This document shows positions 1 through 9,700 of a stretch of DNA of 54,517 nt, one piece after another; the stretch's first letter is position 1; the number at the start of each line of letters is the position of its first letter. Made by a program: the position numbers and the translations under genes. This DNA comes from Macrostomum lignano (taxonomy: Eukaryota). The DNA lies in NCBI GenBank assembly GCA_002269645.1, contig NIVC01004216.1, forward strand, positions 1 to 54,517. The letters run 5' to 3'. The notes under the pieces are model-generated. The model saw nothing but the letters and a program-made list of their open reading frames with translations. It searched no databases and had not been told where the DNA came from.

Positions 1-1036
1 AATAACTCAGCAACTGAGCAGCCCAATAACTCAGAATCTGAGCAGCCCACTCAGCAGCACAGCATCTCAGCTCAGCTCACGTGCTGCACTCCCGTCGCCG
101 TCAAGATCTTCAGAAGACTTGCTGAAGTCCTGCAGTGACTGGGCGAAGACGTCTCTCTGCAGTGCTGCGGGAAGGCTGGCCGGCACTGACAACTGCAGCC
201 GATGAAGACGCGGCAGATCCCGCCGATTGTCCAGGTGCAGAATGTGCAGCAAGTTCTCCTGTGCTGCTGTTGCGTGGGTTCACAGGGAGATGAGTTGACA
301 TTTATTATGCTTTCTCGCATGTACAGCTCAGCATGACAGCACTTACAGCTTGTGATGCAGCGCAGAAGCTGGCTGAATGCGTCTTCGATTGGCAATTGGC
401 CGACAACCTGCAGCAATTCGGACCAACTGCTGGCCGATTCATGGTAATGCCTTGAGTGGGATGAGCTGCATTGGGTGGAAATTCGATCAGGAGCAGACAT
501 TGCTGAGTAACGATAATTATTGTCAATTTCAAGAAATTTATCGATTAGATGAATTACACTTTTTACAGGTTTTCAAAGTTTAGTATTGAGGCACTCACCA
601 TTTTTAATATGATTTTCGTACACAGCCACAATATTGCCAATGTCAATTAGTCCTTCAATGTCGTCTTTAAATATATGGAAAAGAAGGCTAATAAGTCCTT
701 CGAGTTCAACGCTTTCTTCGCCACCGTCCATGGTTGATTGATATTATTTGTTGATAGGCTCAGCCGCTTTTTAGCTTATTTTTAATTAAAAACTAATTGA
801 TTAGTCCACTTGTCCGTTGTCCACTTGTCTTGCATTAACTAACTTAGTAATGCAAAGCAATGCAGTTGCAGTGACAGAGCTGCCTCTATTTTATCACGAC
901 AGGACAGAGCGAAACCGAAAACTGGAAAAGGGAAAGATTTCTTGGAAATTCCAAGCGCCCGCGCGAAGGGTTTAGCCGCCCGTTCTAAAAATAGATTTTA
1001 TTAGGATATAACCAATGTACACTGAGAGTCTACGTT
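1..1036. repeat. Left arm of a large inverted repeat (pairs with ~5710-6730)
   Basis: Visual alignment: 1-1035 is the reverse complement of ~5710-6730 with scattered substitutions and small indels. Homology ends at gtctacgt (1028-1035), the reverse complement of acgtagac (5710-5717). Confidence 0.95.
81..731 (-). CDS. 5' part (exons 1-3, CARD-like region) of an inverted RLR paralog; the gene continues off the left edge
   Basis: Reverse-complement copy of 6005-6657. Exons are 731-599 (ATG; MDGGEESVELEGLISLLFHIFKDDIEGLIDIGNIV...; gtgagt donor), 502-347 (156 nt; gtaagt donor) and 266-81 (gtgagc donor). Phases 1/1/1 give one open frame. It is followed by the same intronic minisatellite seen at 6660 onward. 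Confidence 0.75.
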
Positions 1037-1554
1037 CATCCCGCAAGCTAAATGTACATTTCATTGCGTACAAGAGTGAATTTGAGGTCTCTGCCCTTTT
1101 TCATTTCAAATCTTATTTTTTTGCTCTGGTTCTTTCTATACACACATTAAAGCAGCCTTGCAATAATTTCATTTCCATTTCTGCTTGTGCTTTCCTATCA
1201 AAGTGCTGTGTTACTCTACTCTGTCTATTGTCCTTCCTGACTCCGAGTAAATTATGTTCAGTAGTTTCATGCATGATTTTTGTGTTTGTTTTAGATAACA
1301 ACAAGCTGTTGAAACCCGCGGATTTTGAACCCGGGGAATTTCAATCCCTGGAACTATTTTGCATGTACTCGTATTCTAAAATCTGAGGTCAAACTCAAAC
1401 AAAAACTTGTTAATAGTTAGGTTTGAATTAAACATAAAATAGAGTACATTCGTGAAAAATTAGGATTTGAGGCAAACATTTATATTGTTGGCTGGGGTGC
1501 TGCGAACAGGCAAACTCTGGCCTCTGCCTCTCCTTATGTCCCTTGGATCCTTAG

Positions 1555-2055
1555 AAACTTCGATCTTCTCTTCTGTTTCCTCTCCTCTCTCTCGTCTCTG
1601 TCTCTTCTCTCTCTCCTCTATCCCCTATTCTCTCGTCTATTCCCTCTCCCTTCTATTCTTTTATCCCTCCTCTCCTCCCTCCTCTCTACTCTCTCCTCTC
1701 TCTCCTCTCATCTCTTCTCTTCTTTCCTCTCTCCTCTCTACTCTCTTCTATCGTCTCTTCCCTCACCTCTCTTCTCTCTCGTCTTTGCTCTCTTATCTAT
1801 CTCTTCTTTTATCTTTTCTCTCTTCTCTCTTCTCATTCTTTCTGCATGTTCTCTCCTCTCTCTTTCACTCTCTCTCTCCCTCTCTCTCCTCTCATCTCTC
1901 TGCTCTCTCCTGTACCATCTCTCTTTCTCCTCTAATCTCTCCCCTGTTTCCTCTCCTCTCTCGTCCTTTCTCCTCTTTCCCCTGTCCTCTCGGTTCTCTC
2001 CCCTCCCCTCCTCTCTCCTCTTCTTCCCTTTACTCTATCATCTCTCCTTTCTCCT

Positions 2056-2102
<47 letters not shown>

Positions 2103-2425
2103 TCTTATCTCCTCTCTTCTCACTCCTCTCTACCTCTCTCTCCCCTCCTATCTCCTCTCTGTTCTCTCTTCTCTTCTCACTCTTCTCTACTCTCCTCTCT
2201 CATCGATCCTCTGTCTCATCTCTCCCCTCTTCTCTCTTCCTCTTCTCTCCTCTACTCTTTCCTCTCCCTCCTGTCTCCCCTCCTCTCGCTTCCTCCTCCC
2301 ATATTCTCTGCTCTCTCCTCGTCCTCACCCCACTCGTCTCTCCTGTTATCTTATATCTTTTCTCTTACCCCCTCTCGCCCTTCCTCTCTTTCTAATAGTC
2401 TATTCCTTTTCTTTTTCACTCTCAT
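1555..2425. repeat. CT-rich low-complexity/microsatellite tract, probably a degenerate relative of the hAT MITE at 5069-5709
   Basis: Almost pure C/T on the + strand, including a (CT)n run near 2060-2098. It is preceded by caaactctggcc (similar to caaactccggcc at 5078) and followed by ctcatctggcccgcagccatgagct, nearly identical to 5640-5663. Confidence 0.8.
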
Positions 2426-3049
2426 CTGGCCCGCAGCCATGAGCTGGATTATTTATCTGGCCTTTGAGTTAAAAATCTACCGATCCTGCTTCGAAAGCCA
2501 GTTTGTGGGACGTAGTACTATCATGGTTGTTATCATTTCCCATGCTTTAATCACGTCATCTTTCTGGTCAATTAGCAGCGCTGAGAGAAATTTGTATATC
2601 TCCAGCTCCACCACCACAGTCTGCAGCAGTCAAACAACCATGGAAATACGCATTTCTTAGGAGGCCATTTAAATTTTAAAGTACCTTATACCTTAAAGTT
2701 TTAACCATCCCACATCGCCTTGATTTGCCATCCTTGTTTAACTGCTGCAGACTTGTCTATTCAGAGGAAAGGAAAGTGGTTTAAAATTGAATCTCTCGCT
2801 AAACTCTCTCCTCTCCACGCCTCTCCACTCGCGGGGTACAGAGAAGGCTATTAAAAAGTTATTCCAAAACACTGTACATTCGCAATGTACATTGAGCCCT
2901 ATCGCCTGACCCTTCGTCTGAGCTGGGGGAATGAGTGAGTGAGCGGCACAAACAACAGAAAAAGCAGACAAACTTCACATGCTTACAGTTTCTTTTTCGG
3001 TTGAGTTACAGAGTTGAAACTTTACATTTAGATAGAGAATGGGTTAATG

Positions 3050-3583
3050 AAGAATTGTGTCAGGTTTGAAGTCAATCGCTTTACGTGGAGCAAACTTATG
3101 GCAGCTGAAAGTTAGTCAATTTTGAAACCCATTTTGCACATCTGGGCCCAGATCAGGATCGGGAAAGAGAGGCAGGCGGGCGGAGGTTGGGGTGGTTGCT
3201 ACGCTGAAAAAAAACAGCCTAACTTTAAAAGTGCACAGCACCGCTCAGGATTAACTTTGAGACTCGAAATTTTACATGATCGTGCCAAAATAGTTTAAGA
3301 TTATCTGTGTCAAATTTGAAGAGAATCGGTAGAAGTAGAGCGGCGCTATGGAGGATTAAGTGAAAAAATCGCGCATTTTGAGCAGTTTTTTGTACTTTTA
3401 GGTAGGAAGACTTGAGTCTAGGAAATTTAAAGGTAGCCTAAGACATTCTCCGTAGTAAGTTTAGGGTGGGTGTAAAGTTTGGTGTAATTTGGTTGAGCGG
3501 TTTGGGAGTCCATAGCGAAGTAATTTGTCCACAGACAGACAGACAGACAGACAGACAGAGTTTTGATTTTTATAGGTAGAGAT
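3050..3583 (+). mobile_element. Helitron/Helentron-like non-autonomous element (DINE-1/Lep1-like) with an (ACAG)n microsatellite
   Basis: Contains caaatttgaagagaatcgg, then gtaaagtttggtgtaatttggttgagcggtttgggag, then (acag)n at 3531-3558, ending in ttttataggtagagat. This layout is typical of invertebrate DINE-1/Lep1-like elements. The 5' boundary is approximate. Confidence 0.55.
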
Positions 3584-3744
3584 CAATAAGCGCAATGGCA
3601 CTTAAACTCTAGAATTTATTTGTTAGTAACGAATTCACCGATTGTAATCAAGTTACATGACTTATGACTATGAGTATCTAGTCGTGGAACAGTCAGCTAC
3701 TTTAGGGTGTAGAAACTGGTTGATGTAGGTGCCGGTCCTCCTCT

Positions 3745-4210
3745 CTCCCTACCCTACCTCTCCCTTGACTCCCTACCTCCCTACCTCACTCCATACCTCT
3801 CTCCTACCTACCTCTATCTCTCTCCCTACCTCTCTCCCTACATCTCTCCCTACCTCTCTTCCTAAATCTCTCCCTACCTCTCTCTATCTCTCTTCCTACC
3901 TCTCTCCCTACATCTCTCCCTTACCTCTCTCCTGACCCCCTACCTCTCTTCCTATCTCTCTCCCTACATCTCTCCCTACCTCTCTATCTCTCTCCCGACC
4001 TCTCTCCCTACATCTTTCCCTTCCTACCTCTCCCTACCTCTCTCTACCTCTCTCTATCTTTCTCCCTACATCTCTCCCTACCTCTCTACCTCTCTCTATA
4101 TTTCTCCCTACATCTCTCCCTACATCTCTACCTCTCTCCCTAGCTCTCCCTACCTCTCTCTATCTCTACTTCCCGACATCTCTCCCTACATCTCTCCCGA
4201 CATCTCTCCT
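3745..4210. repeat. Pyrimidine-rich minisatellite built on ctctccctac(a/c)t
   Basis: Degenerate tandem units read directly from the sequence. Confidence 0.9.
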
Positions 4211-5068
4211 AATTGTGTAAACTAATTGTATAAGAACCTGATCAATTTTAATGAAATAGCAAGTATTGCTGTAAGTGTTGAAAAATGGGAACTTTTCCAA
4301 GGAAACTTGGGTATTTTTTAAGAAAGTAGACAAATTTTATCTATCACCGACATGCATTTTAATAGAGAAGTACAACAACTTAGTAAGAACTGGTGAAATG
4401 TACGATTTGGAGAGAAAAATTGGCCGATATGTATCACATGGGCGTCGCCACAGGGGAGACAGAGGGGACATAATCCCCCAGTAGAAGCTAAGGGGGCATG
4501 TCAAATACTTTGTCCCCCCCCCATACGCCATTTCACCTTGTAACTTGCTATGGAAACCAATAATTTTGCTTCAGGGCGCCAAAATATAGCGGCTTCAGCG
4601 CCAAAATGAGTGCCAATCAACACCGATGTTTAGCATAACGTATGAAACCATAGTAGTCTACTTACAGTAGAGATAAGAAATTGGCGTTTTAATCGCAAGA
4701 TTCTGTTTCACTTATACTTCACAAACACCCAGGGATTAAAATTCAATAATATTTCAGCATTTTACACTTAGTAATGCAATTACAATTTAACACCGAGCCC
4801 ACGAAATGTTGGCAGCTTGTCCAAAATGGTGAACAGTTGGCTGGTCTGGTCACCAGAGATTTCTTTTTTAAATGAAAAATCATTTAAAAGCTGTGATTTC
4901 CAACACGGCAGATACATGTAAATTTTATACAAGTTTGGCTGGACACTTTTTGGGGGATTCGGAAAATTTGCAAAACCCTAAACAACCCAAAAATCCTTTC
5001 CCGAACTCCGATCCCGATCCCAAATCCCAACCCCGAAACCTAACCACTCCTAGTGAACGTACGTAGAC

Positions 5069-5709
5069 CGGGGGTCAGCAAACTCCGGCCCGAGGGTCAC
5101 ATGCGGCCCGGCCCGCAATGCCTCCCTATCCGGCCCTCGGGTCCATGCACACTTTAAAATGGCATCCGGCCCGCTCAAGGTTTGTGTCTTCTCAGTTGTC
5201 TCTTCTCTTCTCTTCCCCTTTCTTTCCTCTCAGTTTCTCTCCTCTTCTCTCCTCTACTCTCTCCTCTACTCTCTCCTCTTCTCTCTCCTCTTCTCTCCTC
5301 TACTCTCTCCTCTACTCTCTCCTCTTCTCTCCTCTACTCTCTCCTCTTCTCTCTCCTCTTCTCTCCTCTACTCTCTCCTCTACTCTCCTCTTCTCTCCTC
5401 TACTCTCCTCTTCTCTCCTCTACTCTCTCCTCTACTCTCCACTTCTCTCATCTACTCTCTCCTCTTCTCTTCTCTTCTCTCCTCTCCTCTCATCTCCTCT
5501 TCTCTCCCCTCTCATCTAATCTCCTTTCTCACTAATCTCTTCTCTCATAGCATCTCTCATCTCGCTTCTTACCTCTCCTCTCTCCTGTCATCTCTCATCT
5601 CCTCTTACTTCTCTCTCGCCAATCCCTCTCCTCTCCACTCTCATCTGGCCCACAGCCATGAGCTAGATTCTTTACCTGACCCCCGAGGTAAAAAGTTTGC
5701 TGACCCCTG
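5069..5709. mobile_element. Non-autonomous hAT-superfamily DNA transposon (MITE) with a CT-rich interior
   Basis: 16-bp TIRs cgggggtcagcaaact (5069-5084) and agtttgctgacccctg (5694-5709), with one mismatch. Perfect 8-bp direct repeat acgtagac at 5061-5068 and 5710-5717. An 8-bp TSD and CAGGGG-type termini are hAT hallmarks. Confidence 0.9.
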
Positions 5710-6730
5710 ACGTAGACGCTCAGTGTACATTGGTATGTAGAATCTATTTTTAGAACTGGTGGCCATACCCTCCGCGCGCGCTCGGAATTTCCAAGAAATC
5801 TTTCCCTTTTCCAGTTTTCGGTTTCGCTCTGTCCTGTCGTGATAAAATAGAGGCAGCTCTGTCACTGCAACTGCATTGCTTTGCATTACTAAGTTAGTTA
5901 ATGCAAGACAAGTGGACAACGGACAAGTGGACTAATCAATTAGTTTTTAATTAAAAATAAGCTAAAAAGCGGCTAAGCCTATCAACAAATAATATCAATC
6001 AACCATGGACGGTGGCGAAGAAAGCGTTGAACTCGAAGGACTTATTAGCCTTCTTTTCCAAATATTTAAAGACGATATTGAAGGACTAATTGACATTGGC
6101 AATATTGTGGCTGTGTACGAAAATCATATTAAAAATGGTGAGTGCCTCAATACTAAACTTTGAAAACCTGTAAAAAGAGTAATTCATCTAATCGATAAAT
6201 TTCTTGAAATTTGACAATAATTATCGTTACTCAGCAATGTCTGCTCCTGATCGAATTTCCACCCAATGCAGCTCATCCCACTCAAGGCATTTTCATGAAT
6301 CGGCCCAGCAGTTGGTCCGAATTGCTGCAGGCTGTCAGCCAATTGCCAATAGAAGACGCATTCAGCCAGCTTCTGCGCTGCATCACAAGCTGTAAGTGCT
6401 GTCATGCTGAGCTGTACATGCGAGAAAGCATAATAAATGTCAACTCATCTCCCTGTGAACCCACGCAACAGCCACACAGGAGAACTTGCTGCACCATCTG
6501 CACCTGGACAATCGGCGGGATCTGCCGCGTCTTCATCGGCTGCAGTTGTCAGTGCCGGCCAGCCTTCCCGCAGCACTGCAGAGAGACGTCTTCGCCCAGT
6601 CACTGCAGGACTTCAGCAAGTCTTCTGAAGATCTTGACGGCGACGGGAGTGCAGCACGTGAGCTGAGCTGAGATGCTGTGCTGCTGAGTGGGCTGCTCAG
6701 ATTCTGAGTTATTGGGCTGCTCAGTTGCTG
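5710..6730. repeat. Right arm of the large inverted repeat (promoter and exons 1-3 of the RLR gene)
   Basis: Reverse complement of 1-1035. Confidence 0.95.
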
Positions 6731-9700
6731 AGTTATTGGGGCTGCTCAGTTGCTGAGTTATTGGGGCTGCTTAGTTGCTGAGTTATTGGGGCTGCTTAGT
6801 TGCTGAGTTATTGGGCTGCTCAGATGCTGAGTTATTGGGCTGATCAGTTGCTGAGTTATTGGTCTGCTCAGTTGCTGAGTTATTGGGCTGATCAGTTGCT
6901 GAGTTATTGGGCTGATCAGTTGCTGAGTTATTGGTCTGCTCAGTTGCTGAGTTATTGGGGCTGCTCAGTTGCTGAGTTATTGGGGCTGCTCAGTTGCTGA
7001 GTTATTGGGCTGCTCAGTAGCTGAGTTATTGGGGCTGCTCAGTTGCTGATTTATTGGGCTGCTCAGTTGCTGAGTTATTGGGCTGCTCAGTTGCTGGGTT
7101 ATTGGGCTGCTCAGTTGCTGAGTTATTGGGCTCCTCAGTTGCTGAGTTATTGGGCTGCTCAGTTGCTGAGTTGTTGGGGCTGCTCAGTTGCTGAGTTGTT
7201 GGGCTGCTCAGTTGCTGAGTTATTGGGCTGCTCAGTTGCTGAGTTATTGGGCTGCTCAGATTCTGAGTTATTAGGCTGCTCAGTTGCTGAGTTATTGGGC
7301 TGCTCAGTTGCTGAGTTGTTGGGGCTGCTCAGTTGCTGAGTTATTGGGCTGCTCAGTTGCTGAGTTGTTGGGGCTGCTCAGATTCTGAGTTATTGGGCTG
7401 CTCAGATTCTGAGGTATTGGGGCTGCTCAGTTGCTGAGTTATTGGGGCTGCTCAGTTGCTGAGTTATTGGGCTGCTCAGATTCTGAGTTATTAGGCTGCT
7501 CAGTTGCTGAGTTATTGGGCTGCTCAGTTGCTGAGTTGTTGGGGCTGCTCAGTTGCTGAGTTATTGGGCTGCTCAGTTGCTGAGTTGTTGGGGCTGCTCA
7601 GATTCTGAGTTATTGGGCTGCTCAGATTCTGAGGTATTGGGGCTGCTCAGTTGCTGAGTTATTGGGGCTGCTCAGTTGCTGAGTTATTGGGCTACTCAGT
7701 TGTCAGAAGACTCGCAGACTCGCTGAGGTATTAGAATGCTCAGATGCAGATTTGCTGAATTGTTGAGCTTCTGTGACTGAGTTGCTATCCTTTGTTTGTC
7801 TTTCTGATTCCTGTCACCTGATCCCGTCACATGGTCATGGTGACATGACCCCATCTCCAGATCCCTTACCAGATCTCCCCTTATCGCCTCAACCCACAGA
7901 TGTTCATTGCGTTCTTCACCAGCTTATCAATTGCGCACCTCACGACTGGTTTGAGCACCTCATTCTCGCTGCGATCGCTGACCTCGAGAGCTCAGTCGAT
8001 CTGCTCGACACTATTGCACCGTTCGGCCAAGACTTTGAGTCAGGTGAGAGACCAGATCATTGCATCCGAAATAGCCGGTCAAATCACTGAACAAAAGCAG
8101 CGGAAGACACGCCTTTGCCCAAAATGGGTACTCTAAAATGATCACTTTCATTTTAAATGCATTGCCACCCCTTCATCTCAGAGCTCCCGGCGCTTCAGCC
8201 TAAGCTCTACAACACGGTGTCGAGTCCGGAGTTCAAGGAGGCCAAAAAGTCGGTCGTCGACCAATCGAACCGGTGGTTCGATCTCAACGGACTGAAGTTC
8301 GACTCTGACACTTACAAGCTCGAGCGGGTAGCCAATCAGCAGCCTCCATCGGCGTCTGGGTCTCAGCCGTCTGGCAACAACGAGCTCGTCGGCGGGCAGC
8401 TCCGCGACTACCAGTTGGAGTTGGCAGAGCCGGCCCTGTTAGATCGCAACTCGATAGTGATCGCGCCCACTGGCTCTGGGAAGACTCTGGTAGCCGTTCA
8501 TGTCACTCTGCAGCTGCTCAAGGCCGAGCCCCAAGCGAAGGTCAGTGCTGAAAGCAATAAATTTATCATACCACACAACATAATGGCAGTGGGAATAAAA
8601 TGGAGACAGCGGAGTTCACAATTGCCGTCAGCGCTGGTTTACAAGACGATGTCGCCGAATGCTTTGCGCCAGTGCGCCAAGTGCCATGTTTCATGTTAAA
8701 TGTTTGAACATTTGCCCCATTTTCAAACACCATAATATCTTAGGTGGCACTTCTGGCATCCACTAATCAGCTGGTTCAGCAGCAATACGACAAGTTCAGG
8801 TCCGCCCTGCCCTCACCTTGGCGGGACAGAGTTGACCTAATCCTGGGAGGCAAAGACAACAAGAATCGAAAGCCATTCGCCCTGTCTATGAAGAAAAACT
8901 CCATCGTGGTCATTAGCACCCAAATTCTATTAAACGAGCTTGATAGAAAAACAGTTGCGAACATTTCCGATTTCCGCCTCATCATATTCGACGAATGCCA
9001 CAATTGTGCAAAGAGCCACGCCAGTATGAAAGTGATGATGCACTACCTGCGACTGAAGAGAGATCTGGAACAAGAGAATCAATCGGAAAGCTGTCGAGAA
9101 ACCCGCCTGCCACAGATTCTTGGGCTAACGGCCAGTCCAGGTAAAATGCTAGAAAGGCATGAATTATTAAATTCTTGTTTTTAAGCTATTTCACGTCTAA
9201 CGATGCCTGATCTGTTCATTGTGTCTGATCTGTAAGGACACTCAATGTCCATTGTGTCTGATCTGTAAGAACACAACTGTCCATTGTGTCTGATCTGTAA
9301 GAACACAACTGTCCATTGTGTCTGATCTGTAAGGACACTCAATGTCCATTGTATCTGATCTGTAAGGACACTCAATGTCCATTGTGTCTAATCTGTAAGG
9401 ACACTCAATGTCCATTGTGTCTGATCTGTAGGGACACTCAATGTCCATTGTGTCTGATCTGTAAGAACACTACTGCCCATTGTGTCTGATCTGTAAGGAC
9501 ACTCAATGTCCATTGTATCTGATCTGTAAGGACACTCAATGTCCATTGTGTCTGATCTGTAAGGACACTCAATGTCCATTGTATCTGATCTGTAAGGACA
9601 CTCAATGTCCATTGTGTCTGATCTGTAAGGACACTCAATGTCCATTGTGTCTGATCTGTAAGGACACTCAATGTCCATTGTGTCTGATCTGTAAGGACAC

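Noticed and set aside
1467-5710. Leu/Ser-rich ORFs of 117-397 aa resembling membrane proteins
   Set aside because: They are artefacts of CT-rich low-complexity tracts.
6211-6666. Cys-rich 151-aa ORF (CKCCH...CCTIC...CSCQC) suggesting a metal-binding protein; mirrored at 72-500
   Set aside because: It reads through intron 2 and an alternative frame of exon 3. The phase link to exon 4 supports the ENLLHHL...DGSAA frame instead.
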